Positions 10,770 to 23,006 of a stretch of DNA of 64,000 bases are shown piece by piece. The stretch spans positions 8,618,001 to 8,682,000 of the forward strand of contig OZ024761.1 of NCBI GenBank assembly GCA_964016885.1, read 5' to 3'. Source of the DNA: Eledone cirrhosa (Eukaryota). The position numbers and the translations under genes are program-made. Positions within the stretch are counted from its first letter, which is position 1. Every line of letters starts with the position of its first letter. Under the pieces are notes generated by a model that was not told where the DNA came from, did not search any database, and saw nothing but the letters and a program-made list of their open reading frames with translations.

Positions 10770-12633
10770 CACATGTATATTTTTCATGGTTAAAATAACC
10801 AGAAAGGTTCAATTCACAGTTGACACTCGAGCAAAGAGTTTCCAGTAATATTACATTTGATGACCGCCAGACTCTTTCAAAAACGGAAGAGAGGCGGTTT
10901 TCCTCTGTACGGTGGCTATGGTGAAAGAAGTTATATGGTGGACGAAGTTGAGAGGACTGAGGACAGATGCCTTTCTCTCCGGACAACAATTGATTCCCTT
11001 CTTTAAGTATCACTTTAGAAGGAGAATCAGGGTGGAGAGAGAGGCACTGCACCCCAGTAAATTTACTGAAAGGTGGGTGAATGAAGCGAAAATGGCTCGA
11101 GTTATTGGGCCTTCTCTGTTTATAAACCTGTAGGTTGAGGAAGAGAGCAAAAGGAAGAAAGGAGCACTTGCACAACACGCTCCTCGAGTTGAGGGTTGTT
11201 CTATCGACGGGGTATTAAACAACCCATTTGTGGCGCCTCCCCCCTATTGGGGATTTCGATTGTTGAAATTGTTTGTTTGTTTTTATATTTTTTACACGAC
11301 TGTATGTAAAATCCCCGGCATGTCTTTGTATTGTCCCCTTTCTTGTTGCACCCTTGTGGCTAATAAAGAAATCAATATTACATTTGATGACATTTCTCAG
11401 CTCAGTAAAACTAGAATTTTAGCAGACTTAGAGGTATCAATGAAGCGTGGTAATCATATCAAATGAAGGTGTAAGGTATACACAGGTGTTGCAGGAAACC
11501 TGTTACCACTGCAATCTTGAACCAAATGTAGCAGATGATGACAGAGTGGTAATTCCTAAGTCAATGAGACTTGAAGTTCTTCAGCTATGACACAAAGCCC
11601 ATCTTGGAGTCACAAAGACTCTACTCCAGACAAGAGGGTGTGCCTAGGATCATAGATGAAGTAACAGCATTAATTGAAAGATGCCGTGCCTGACAAGCAA
11701 CTCGCAATAGACAGTGCTCTGTACTATTTGCAAAGTACTATTGCTCCACTTCCATGGCACACCATCTACTAAGATATTTTTGAGTTCCAAGGTTTATTTT
11801 TCTAATTGCAGTAGACTGTTATGGGCATTTTGTCACAATGAAGCAGGCTGATTATTCAAGTGCCACAACAAAGTGGGTTCTTTCTGGCCTATTTTCACAG
11901 TTTGTTTTGCCAGAGCAGATTACTTGTGATTATGGCACTAATTTTACTAACAGAGAATTTGGACAGGTCTGCACTGAACTAGACATAAAACTTGTAGTTA
12001 GCAGTGCTAACCATCATCACTCTAACACAGCAAAGACACACATTCACACCATCAAGAATCTATCTAAAAAAAACAATCTGAGCAATTTTCATATAGAATT
12101 CTTGGAACTTAATTGCAGTTAGTTCAGGCAAAAGCTCAGATCTGTACAGGTCTCTAAACCTCGGGTGAAAATTAATGAGAACTAGTGACCATCTGTCTAA
12201 TATTTGCCAGTTATTATAATAACAGGCAGAAACATGCAAGAACCGGGTTGACAGAAGGGCAGACTATTATGGCTTATAGCAAACTAGACAATAAGGGTAA
12301 ACGATGGTCACCTGTAAAAGTAATTGCTATTTAGTTCAGACAGAGAAAGGGACTACTATATCCTGAAACAGAAAAGACCTCTGCCTAACCAAAATATTGT
12401 TCACCCTCGAGACAAGATTTTCCAGGAGTTATTCAAGTGAGAGACTTTTCATCCACCATGAATATGCTGACAAGCTTGATAACATTACAAGTGGAAACCA
12501 TGTCACCAGTGCCCCATCCTCAAAATCAATCTTAAGAAGTGCTAAAGATGGTGATAAGCAGGTTATGCAAATACCATTGGGCAAAACACACTCCGGAAGA
12601 ATTGTCAAAGCCCCTAATAAATTAAACTTATAA
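10770..12633 (+). mobile_element. Degenerate Gypsy LTR-retrotransposon pol remnant (protease, integrase)
   Basis: KVQFTVDTRA (protease D-T-G-like motif); VVIPKSMRLEVLQL*HKAHLGVTKT..C (HHCC region); PEQITCDYGTNF integrase core; C-terminal THSGRIVKAPNKLNL*. Confidence 0.75.
10865..11373 (+). mobile_element. 5'-truncated L1/Tx1-like LINE with 18-bp TSD
   Basis: KEVIWWTKLRGLRTDAFLSGQQL.. homologous to the ORF2 end at 59220-59450; AATATTACATTTGATGAC at 10847-10864 and 11374-11391. Confidence 0.9.
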
Positions 12634-13059
12634 TGACCTACATTCAAATATTTTTGAATAAGCCTATACAGATCCAGGTGTGTCTCTGGTATTTGATACT
12701 TATGGTGAATAAAATCTTAAAGTTCTATAAAAACATTTTTAAAAATTGAATATTCTCTATAACATCCAGATATGCATGTGATATCATCATCACTGTTTAA
12801 CATCCATTTTTCCATACAAGTTTTCTTTTGAGATAAGCCAGGTCTGATGACCACGTCTTGCTCATACAGAACTGATTTTGGTTTGGTCCTTCCTAACACT
12901 AACCACATTTACAGTGTGTGTTGGGCACTTTTTGTTGTGACACCTACACAACAACTTTACAGTGTGGGCTAGGCACTTTTTGTTGGATCGCCATCACGAC
13001 CACTTTATAGTGAGAGCTGAGAAAGCGGGGGCGGGGTGAATATAGGCCGTGTGCTGCTT

Positions 13060-14680
13060 CCGTGCAATGGCCGCTGTAAAACCTACGTTCTTAGCTAAAT
13101 TACCCGAGATCCTACATCTCTTGTGTACGTACCCATAGTATGCATTTGGGAGAGAGGATGGAATTTTACCTACGCCTTTCCTACACACTGAGCAAGTTAA
13201 TTACCTGTTTTCCCTTCTACTTATTAGGACCTTAATCTTTGTTAGGTTGACTTTATGAACCTTTGTTTCTAGGCCATGCTTCCAGGTTTGGAGTTTTTTC
13301 TCTAATTCTGCCATAGATTCAGCTATAAGTGTAAGAACATCTGCATACAGGAGTTCCCATGGGCAGCCAGTCTTAAACTCCTCTGATATAGCCTGCAGGA
13401 GAGGGCTAAGAACAGAGCCCTGCCGGACTCCAATTGACACGCTAAATTCTTCACTACAGTAATCGTTAATCCTAACTTTGCTGACTGCACACCTATACAG
13501 GGCCTGTACAGCCTTCAGAAAATTATTCCTAGTTTTCTAAGAGCCCACCAGATTATGGTATAGGGGACTCAATCAAAAGCTTTCTTCAGATCAACAAATG
13601 CCAGGTAAAGTGGCTTACTTTTAGCTGTAGCTGCTTCACAAGAAAGAGAGCATCTGTAGTACTTTTACCTGGCACAAATCCGAACTACATCTCATCTAGA
13701 TTAATCAACTGTGCTATAACTCTTTCAGTTACATTCATGATCTGGTCCATCAGCTTTATACTTCTATAGTTTCCTCTATCTAGTGCATATCCTTTAGCCA
13801 TGTAGCAGTTGACAATGATGCTGCTGCACAAATCATTTGGTATGACATCATCTAGTATTACTTGGTTAACTACATGTGGTTATGGTGTGACCTACCGACC
13901 CTTTCAGAATCTCAGCAACTATCCCCAATGGACAGGCTGCGTTCCGTGTTTTCATATCCTTAATTGCCATACTTACTACAATGCTGCTTGATATGTACGA
14001 CTGGGCCCTCTGTTGGGTCTACTTGGGGTAGGCTATCTTTTTCCCAAGCATTCTCCTCATTCAGTAATCTTTCACAATGGCTCTTCCATGCTACTTTCTT
14101 TTCCGCATCTGTAAGGGCAAGTGTGCCTTTATCATCATGGACACACTGGTCTTCACGTTACAAAACATTAATTTTTTTATCTTCTGCTTCCCTCCTTACA
14201 AAGTATACTTGTCGCCTAGCTTCCCCACTGGCCTCCATGTTGTTTACCCTGCTTCCCCCATTCTTCCATGCCTGTCTCTTGGCATTAATTGTCTCATCTA
14301 TCTTACTATTCCACCACCAAGTCATTCTCCTTCTCTCTGGAGCTCTGTTCCATCCACAGATCTCGTCTGTTGCCATCAGCAGATTATCTTTCAGGAACTC
14401 CCAATGCTCTTCTATATTGAATGTCTATCTGTTCTTTACTGTCATAGGCATCAAGCAAAATATCTCTAAATTTGTTACTGACTGAGGGCTCATTCAACTT
14501 CCATATCATTCTCCTTCAGATTACCCTCTCTCTCAAAGTTCGTCTAGCTTTAACAATGAAGGCGCTAACTACTAGGTTATGTTGGGAAGTGCATTCCTTG
14601 CCAGGTAAAGATTTTATGTTTTCAACCGTCACTTTATCACATCCTCTGGTAAGGATAAAGTTTACATACTATTGTTATAT
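13060..14680 (-). mobile_element. Degenerate RTE LINE internal fragment (end of APE, RT)
   Basis: GVRQGSVLSPLL, WELLYAD, TWWWNSK and ECTSQHNLVV motifs with stops and frameshifts. Confidence 0.85.
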
Positions 14681-14734
14681 CAAACCTGACTAATTTATTA
14701 TTTTAGGAGTATTTAAGAATATTTAACATTCTAG

Positions 14735-15286
14735 TATCTAGAATAAGGACGGGTTGGAAGAAGTTGAGGGAGCTGCTTCCTCTATTGACGAAGAAGGGTT
14801 TCTGCCTGCAAACAAAAGCCTGGTTATATGATGCCTGTGTGAGATGCGCGATGCTGCCTGTATAAGACATGGTCAGCAATTGCAGAGGTTATGCGATGAC
14901 TGGAGAGAAATGAAGCAAGCATGCTCCATTGGATGTGCAATGTCAATGTGCGTGAATGACCAAGCATAGATGAGTTGAGAGAGAGACTGTGTATAAGAGG
15001 CATAAGTTGTAGTGTGTGGGAGAAAAGACTGCGATGGTATGGACATGTGATGCGCATGGAGGATGACCTCTGGATAAAGAAGTGCCAAGAAATGCCAGTA
15101 GAAGGAAGATGCAGTAGAGGTAGACCACAAAAAACACGGGCAGAGGTGGTGAGAGCAGACCTCAGATCGCTGAAGCTCAGAGAGGAGATGATGAAGGTCT
15201 GTGACAAGTGGAAAGATGGTGCGCTGAATAGGACCTGTTCCACCCTTGCAACCAGGGAAAAGCAGACGTAAAATGATGATGATGAT
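14735..15286 (+). mobile_element. RTE LINE 3' fragment (subfamily of 20303-22194)
   Basis: RLRWYGHVMRME...GRPQKT; tail GCAACCAGGGAAAAGCAGACGTAAAAT(GAT)n. Confidence 0.85.
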
Positions 15287-15664
15287 TTAACACTGATGCT
15301 CACTAACGGCAATGATGATAGTATAATTTGGTAACATAAGTATGTTTCATGTGTATTTACTTTTTATACATCATTTATAGTATTGTTTTATTCATTACAG
15401 TTGTTAATATACTTTAAATTTTGATTGCATGCTACATATACAAAAAGGAGATGTAACACTATTTGAATGGCCAGTAAAATCAATCAATCACAGCATATTC
15501 TACTTGTTTCACCTTATTAGGACTCTTTGTTTTACTATATAAATCCAAGAGTCTGAGAGCCATGTTGGATACTAATAAAGTTATTTCAGGGGGTTTAATA
15601 CCCTGGCCAGACAACATGCTGTGTCCTTCATTATGGCACTTCATTTCACATTTCTCATCAGTAA

Positions 15665-16002
15665 CAAACAACAATGGAGCTAAAGGCAAGCAAGGCACTG
15701 CCCCCCGGAACAGATGCAAACTATGCAGTGTGGAAATGCCTAAACCGACTAAAATCTGGTGTTGGACGTGCAGAAGTCACTCTTGCAAAATAGGATATTT
15801 AAAGGATGGGGATGTTGTGTGTGACTGCGGCATCGAACCACAGACTACACAGCACCTCCTGATATGCCCCCTGCTGGAACACCCCTGCACAACATTGGAC
15901 TTGGCAGAGTTTAATGAGAAAGGACAGCAATGTGTTCAGCTGTGGTGGAACCACATCTAGCCAAGCTTTGTAACTGACACTCTTGTGGACACAACAAGAA
16001 GA
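15665..16002 (+). mobile_element. Vingi/Ingi-like LINE 3' fragment
   Basis: WKCLNRLKSGVGR...CDCGIEPQTTQHLLICP (CCHC) and the end GACACAACAAGAAGA. Confidence 0.6.
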
Positions 16003-16079
16003 CTCCAGCCCACTTAGCTAAAAGGAAATGTGGAGCAGCTCAGTTGCTGAGAGGCACCCCTTCAGGCAGGGGATATCTT

Positions 16080-16484
16080 GTACTGTTGGAAGATTAACAC
16101 CAAAGGAACCGACAGGCCTCATGGCTTCAGATGCACTTTAACTTTCAACATCCTCAAAAGATTTAACAGGAGATATCAAAAAACCCAAGAGGAATACATG
16201 TGGAGAAAGGTTGAAAATGTTGTGGGCCACCAGGAACCTCACCACTGTCAAGTGGAAGAAAATGGCGTGGTGGGGCCATATCACACGACATGACAGCCTG
16301 TACAAGACCATCATACAAGGCACCGTTGAAGGTGGATGCCAATGTAAAGACTGGTTGGACAATGTCAAAGAATGGACGCACACTGACTACACCAGATTTG
16401 CTGACAACCACCATTGTATTGTATGCCACTTCTGCATTCAAATCCCCCAACGACTACAGAAGTCAAGGGACTGATGAGGATGAT
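16080..16484 (+). mobile_element. RTE-clade (BovB-like) 3' fragment
   Basis: WWGHITRHDSLYKTIIQGTVEG...WLDNVKEWT; TGA-type tail. Confidence 0.7.
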
Positions 16485-18389
16485 CAAAAAATGACTTTGT
16501 TAATTCCAATGTTTATCATAGTTTTACTAATAAACAGATCATTGTAAAAAATTGCCATATTACAGTAAAGACTTGAATTTTTAATGTGATGCAATCATAG
16601 TACTGCTTTGTACTTTTTAAGAAAACCTTGCTAATGTGGTTTGTTAATTCAAATGTTTATAGCCTTGATATTAGAAGACAAATGATTGTAAAAATTTGCC
16701 CTGTTATACCAAATAGTTATAGTACATCTACTAGAACTTTTTCACACTGAAAAATTTGCAGTAAACTAATCAAAAACTTAATGATGTAGTCACTTTTCAA
16801 AAATGCTTTGCTAATGTGGTTTCACGTGAGTTATCATCATGCTAAATGGTTATAGTATATTTATTAGTGGACAGATTGTTGTGAAAATTTGCAGTATTAG
16901 AGCAAAAACTTTAGTCATAACGCAATGCAATCATGTCTTGCTTATGTGATTTGTTAATTCAAATGTTTATAGTATCTTTACGAATGGACAGGTTGTTGTG
17001 AAAATATGACATGTTACTGTAAAGACTTGAATGTTTAATGTGATAGTTATAGAACTGCTTTGTATTTTTCAATGTCTTAATATTGTTGTTTCCTGTGGAG
17101 TAAATTCGAAAGGTGAAGAAGACACAGCGGGCTACAAAAGATCGCAGAATGTGTGTCAAAAGAACTTTGAATTCAACAACCATTTGGTTGCTAAACCAAC
17201 CTATGAATGAATTAGATACCTGACTATAGAAACAGAAGTGAAATTCAATTGGTGCATATTTTTATTGGCAGGATAAACCTTCCAACGTATAACAATGTAC
17301 ACACATAAATAGAACGAGCATTTGCCTTCACGAACGAAAACAAAAAGATTGTCTTGAAAGTAATATTTGATCATACAAAAAATGCATGAAGCAAATCCAA
17401 GAATTCGTCAATTATTCCCCAACCCACAAAGAACAAAAAAAAGTGGGGGTAAAACTAGAACAGAAAAGGTAAACAAGCAATTATTTTGTCCGAGACCATG
17501 TCAAATCGCTTTTGAAGGAAAATCATTTTCATTTTACATTGACGGCAAGTATCGCGCACTTTCATGTCCACATTGACAAGATTAAAATAGCTGACCTCAA
17601 AAATCCGAGTTCGATGTTGTTAGATTGAAATAAAATCTGCATCGAATCAAAAGACACATACAAGAAAAAGCGAACGAATTGAAAATTCATAAAGAAATCG
17701 GTTGGAATTTTTGAAATTCCAATCTAAATATGATATAAAACAATAATGTAATATAGGAGTTGGTTTCAAGTAAAAATGGCCAATCATACAGAAGCAAGCA
17801 CTAAGCTGATATATCATCGTTACGACATAATGAATGAAGACAATAATAAAAACGAAACAAATATTAATGTTCTGAATAGAAATTTAAATAAAATTAATCC
17901 TAGAAATGTTTATAAATCATGAAAAATCAATCGTGTTTCGGATTCAGAAAGCAAAAATGGTACTAAAAATATCGACTTTGTTTTCCATTGTTCTAAAAGA
18001 ACAGCATGCAAAATTTATGTTAAAGAGATACGATGAATCATAAGACATCTTGTGTTCGATAATATTCTCTCTCGAAAAGAAAAAATAGTACACAAAGAGC
18101 ATACACATACATGCCAGAAATAGTTGAGCGGTACTCGATCGTATTTAGACATGTGTTATAAAAACACAAAATGTTACGGTTCTTGTCTTGTTTGAAAGTG
18201 CTTCTGAAAGTCAACGAACAAGAACAAGCCATTGATAGCAGACAATATTTACATGTGTTAAAGGCATTCAAAATGCTTTAAAATCTAGGAATTCAGCGTT
18301 AATTGATATTTTCAACGTAATACAATTTTCAGATGCAGTAATGCAATCTACAATAAACACACACAGGTGCTGAATTTGTTTAAACAGCG

Positions 18390-18900
18390 CCAAGAAAGAC
18401 GACGCCATATTAGTCAGAACAATTGCAGTCGATGGTAAGCGAAGAAGAGAATCGACATGGCTATGTTTATGTTCAAAACGAAAGGCTGCATCGGTGAATA
18501 AATGCTAGCAGGTGAATGATTTTTAACAATATACACATTTGTAACGATAAAATAAGGGAAAATCTTGTTAAAAACTTACGGTAATCGTCCAAAACACGCA
18601 AGAGCGTAGCGACGTAAATATTCGTCCATAGGAGTTCCCTCCTCTATACTGACTAGCTTCCGGTTTGCGCAATAATCGTGTTGTAAGGTATAAAACGAAG
18701 ATTTAATCACTAGTTGTTTATCGATGAGATTTAATGTTAGATATTTCTTTTAATTCGAAAACACGCCGCAAAAGCAACTGAAAGCAGTTCTTCGATATAT
18801 ATTTTTATCAATACTAAGCTTATGATTCTAGCCGATTTGAGTGACTCCGATAACCAACATGGCTGACATAGTATGCTGTAGCAAACAATAGTGTCACGAC
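18390..18900. promoter_or_regulatory. Candidate CpG-retaining promoter or first-exon region
   Basis: Apparently repeat-free and CpG-rich relative to the flanks; YY1-like AATATGGCG (-, ~18403-18411) and AACATGGC (+, ~18856); ETS-like CTTCCGG (~18657); minus-strand donor GTAAGT at 18579-18574. Confidence 0.35.
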
Positions 18901-19779
18901 AAATATATATTTATATCTTGTTGTTTCACTTCGCGTATCCCTTTTCAATTAAATCTGTCAACCGTTATATTTTATTTTATATTACTAGGTCATATTCCAA
19001 TTTTGTATCTGTTCCCAAAATGCCTATTTTTTCAAGAGTGGAAAATATTGGCTTTTTTTTTTCCTGACAACACAAGATTAGCTGAAGCTTGCTGGATTTC
19101 ACTGAAATATTTTCAGTTTGTCTGACATTATTTCGTTCCAAATTTGTAGCCGGCCATATTGTATGAATCTGACAAGAACATTTGATATTTTGAAATTCCC
19201 ATAGGTGGGTAATATTTCTAAACATAAAGAAAGGAAAAAATATTCACAACTATTTTTGTGAATCAAAGTCAACCATAGAAAAATAAAATAAAAATGCAGA
19301 CCTTATATACAGTATATAAATTCTTTGAAACCAACTAATGAATTATTTTTATTTTGAATATCATATAATCGCACATTAGAATAATGATTTTCGAATTACT
19401 AATCTGACAAGCATTGAAGAGGTATGCTTTGCTAATGAGGTCAAATAAGACTGAAACATGTCTTGAGTAGTCACCCCTGCTTGTCAAGATCTGATTAAAT
19501 TCACATTGATAATTAAGTTAATGTGTTTGAATTATATTGATTTCTATTTATTTATTCATGGTTTTATTAACACTTTATGTTTAGTTTGTAACAATAACAT
19601 TTCCAGATCTTCTGAATGGAGTGGTGGTAGTGGCATGTAGCTGCATTTTTATAGTAAGCAGCCAACAATCATGGAAATGTCGTTATTACTGATAAAATTA
19701 CCATTAACAGATTATATAACTGTTATCTCCATTATTATTGGCTTTAGAAAAAGGTCTAAGACTATCCCAGGCCTGGACA

Positions 19780-20000
19780 CTCATCAGTCCAGAACTTATC
19801 CTGGTTTCATTGGCATTAAGTGACTGAAAGTCCATTGCAGGACTAATCCTCAAGCTGCCGCTGGTACTGGTTTTCAATTGAGTGTAGAGGAGCAACAAGA
19901 AATGGAGTGTTTTAATCAAGAACACAATGTACCACTCTGTCCAAGAATTGAAGCCATGACAATGATTGTAGCCCAACATTTTAAACACAAGGCCACATGC
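19780..20000 (-). mobile_element. Degenerate CORE-type SINE
   Basis: Minus strand GCATGTGGCCTTGTGTTTAA...TGTGTTCTTGATTAAAACACT, similar to 24900-25160. Confidence 0.5.
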
Positions 20001-20134
20001 CTTTGGTTATTGCAGTTATGATACAGCATTATTATTGTCTTCATAATTCTGAGTTCTGAGTTCAAATCTCGCCAAGGTTAGCTTTGCCTTTCATCTTTAT
20101 GGGGTTGATAAAATAAAGCACCAGTAAGGCACTG

Positions 20135-22237
20135 ATGTGAGTAAGTTAAGCCTAGAATGAAAGTTGGCTGGTAAGAGAAGCAGAGGTCGGTAGCTAAAAC
20201 GATGGCTTGATAATGTCAACTTATGGACTGGACATGACCTTTGCTCTGTAAACTCTGCTGTAGTTGATCGAACTTTGTGGGGAAAAATATCTCATGTTGA
20301 TGATAAATGTGTCCAGAACGAAAATATCTCGTGTTGGAGATAAATATGTCCGGAACGATGCCGGTGTACTTAGTGTCACGAATGATCAGAAAAAGGAGGC
20401 CTGGAAATGTCATTATGAGAGACTGATGAATGTGGAGAATGAATGGGAGAGAGAGAAATTACCTCAGTAGATCCGACAGAGGGACCAGCTATTGAGATTG
20501 ACGAATGTAGTAGGGTCCAAGAGGCGATTAAGGAAATGAAAAATGGTAAGGCTGCTGGACCATCGGGAATAGTTGCTGAGATGCTGAAGGTATCAGGGGA
20601 CGTAGGCACTAAGCTGGTTGCACGCATCATCAATCAGACTATATATGGTGGTGTCATACCCAAAGACTGGTGCAGCAGTATTCTCAAATTGCTACAAAGG
20701 TAAAGGGGATGCTCTGGAGCGGAGCAATTATAGGGGTATAAAACTGATGGATCAGGTTATGAAAGTGGCAGAAAGGATATTAGCACAACTAATTAGAGAA
20801 AGGGTCAAACTAGATGAGATGCAGTTTGGTTTTGTGCTTGGCAAGAGTACAACAGATGCCCTCTTCATGGTGAGACAATTGTAAGAGAGTTTCTTAGAGA
20901 AAATTAAGCCACTATACTTAGCCTTTGTTGACCTAGAGAAGGTCTTTGATAGGGTACCCCCATCTGTCATCTGGTGGTCCCTAAGGAAACTAGGTGTTGA
21001 GGAATGGCTTGTGAGGACAGTACAAACTTTGTACAGAGGTACTGTCAGTAAAGTCAGGGTAGGAATGGAGTTTAGTGAGGAATTCCAGATACAAGTAGGA
21101 GTGCATCAAGGTTCGGTCCTCAGCCCACTCTTGTTCATTATAGTCCTCCAAGCCATAACAGAGGAGTTTAAGACTGTCTGTCCATGGGAACTTCTCTACG
21201 CTGACGATCTGGTTCTTATAGCAGAATCAGTAGAGGAGCTAGAGAATAAATTCTGGCTATGGAAACAGCAGTTGGAATCAAGAGGACTGAGAGTGAATCT
21301 AGCTAAGACAAAAGTGTTGATGAGTAGAAAAGAGGACAAAACTCTGATTCTGTCAGAGAAATGGCTATGTTCGATATGCAGAAAAGGAACTGGCATAAAT
21401 TCTATAAAATGCACACAATGCAGATCCTGGGTACACAAGAGATGTAGCGGGATAGCAAGCAAACTAACAGGTAGGTAGAAATATGTATGCAGTAGATGTA
21501 CAGGGAAATTAGACAGTAGAAGTGGCATTGATAGACACATTTTTCAAATGCAGGCAGGTGCTATAGAAGTGGTGGATATTTTCCGGTACCTAGGAGATCA
21601 GATTAGCATGGGAGGGGCGTGTTCCGAGGCCATAGTATCTAGAATAAGGACGGGTTGGAAGAAGTTTAGGGAGCTGCTTCCTCTGCTGATGAAGAAGGGT
21701 TTCTCCCTGCGTATGAAAGGCCGGTTATATGATGCATGTATGAGGAGCGCGATGCTGCATGGTAGTGAAACATGGGCAGTAACTGCAGAGGATATGCGAC
21801 GGCTGGAGAGAAATGAGGCAAGCATTCTCCATTGGATGTGCAGTGTCAATGTGCTTGAACGACCCAGCATGAATGTGTTGAGAGAGAAACTGTGTCTGAG
21901 AGGGATAGAATGTAGTGTACGGGAGAGGAGACTGAGGTGGTATGGACATGTGATGCGCATGGAGGATGACCGATGGGTAAAGAAGTGCCAGGAAATGCCA
22001 GTTGAAGGAAGACGTGGTAGAGGTAGACCACGAAAAACATGGGCGGAGGTGGTGAGGACAGACTTCAGATCACTGAAGCTCACGGTGGAGATGACGAAGG
22101 ACTGTGACAAGTGGAGAGATGCTGTGCTGAATAAGACCCATCCCACTCTTGCAAGCAGGGAAGAGCGGACGTAAAATGATGATGATGATGATGCACAGTC
22201 TGCAAGTGGCGGAGTTAGCATCTAGAGAGATAGAGAG
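20135..22237 (+). mobile_element. Short RTE-type LINE 3' end (parts 20135-20302 and ~22195-22237), split by a second RTE
   Basis: GKRSRGR*LKRWLDNVNLWTG...KISHVD continues as AQSASGGVSI* after the insert; GA-rich tail. Confidence 0.6.
20303..22194 (+). mobile_element. 5'-truncated RTE LINE (RT, PHD-like finger, C-terminus), pseudogenised
   Basis: GKAAGPSG, NYRGIKL, VHQGSVLSP, YADD, CSIC..CTQC..HKRC, RWYGHV; (GAT)n tail. Confidence 0.92.
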
Positions 22238-22461
22238 AATGAACTGGGGTCAATTTAGTTGACTTTGCCTTCCCCTTCAAATTGCTGGTCTTGTGCCTAT
22301 AGCAGAACCAATTATTGTCCTCATAATACTGTATAGATTATATGTATGATGAATCAATTTGGTATTTTTTGCTGATTGTGGAACTGCATTGAGCTTGAAA
22401 CTATGTTGGTATCATTGTCTTTAACTGAATTTTTATCCTTCTCACATATATTTATATATAA

Positions 22462-22669
22462 CCCTTTAGCATTTACATTACTCTATATTTACTATTATAT
22501 TTTTTAGGTAAAGGCTTTACCTCACATAATATCGAATCTATGAGATTTTGATATTATTTATTTTGAGAACAATACCTTAACATGAGTATAAGTGGCCGGT
22601 TACAGCCAGTTTGAACAGAAAGAGGTGAGAAAATTCTGGCCAGATACGGCCGGTTTAAATGCTAAAGGG
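22462..22669 (+). mobile_element. piggyBac-like MITE with ATAA TSD
   Basis: Perfect 14-bp TIR CCCTTTAGCATTTA/TAAATGCTAAAGGG; ATAA at 22458-22461 and 22670-22673. Confidence 0.85.
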
Positions 22670-22673
22670 ATAA

Positions 22674-23000
22674 AAAGTAAAGACCTCCCTTCAGTCACAA
22701 ATAATCATGGGATTTGCCTCCAGAAAGTACCCCTTCCGAGGCACAAGTCCGGGCAAGGTTGTTTCTAGAAGACCAGCAGTCAACCCCTCTCCACGCCACC
22801 CATGTTGTCCAAGGGAAAGGCAAAGGCCAATACAGCTTGGCACCAGTGACGTCACAACTCATCTATACAGCTGAATCAACTAGAGCAATGTGAAATAAAG
22901 TGTCTTGCTGAAGAACGCTATGCAAAGCCCGGTCCAAGAATCAAACTCACAACCTCGTGATTGTAAGCCCGACCCTCTAACCACTAAGCCATGTACCTTC
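22674..23000 (-). mobile_element. tRNA-derived CORE-type SINE
   Basis: Minus strand TGGCTTAGTGG (A-box), GAGTTTGATTC (B-box), CAGCAAGACACTTTATTTCAC core; same tail recurs at 24160-24215. Confidence 0.75.
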
Positions 23001-23006
23001 TGACAT

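Larger units (their letters stand above)
20048..22310 (+). mobile_element. Meta-type SINE split by nested LINEs (SINE parts 20048-20134 and ~22242-22310)
   Basis: 17-bp TSD ATTATTGTC(T/C)TCATAAT at 20031-20047 and 22311-22327; B-box GAGTTCAAATC and core in the 5' part. Confidence 0.75.

Noticed and set aside
16530-17075. Diverged tandem units (GTAAAGACTTGAAT.., TTTGTTAATTCAAATGTTTATAG)
   Set aside because: Real but old and irregular; no coding or structural pattern found.
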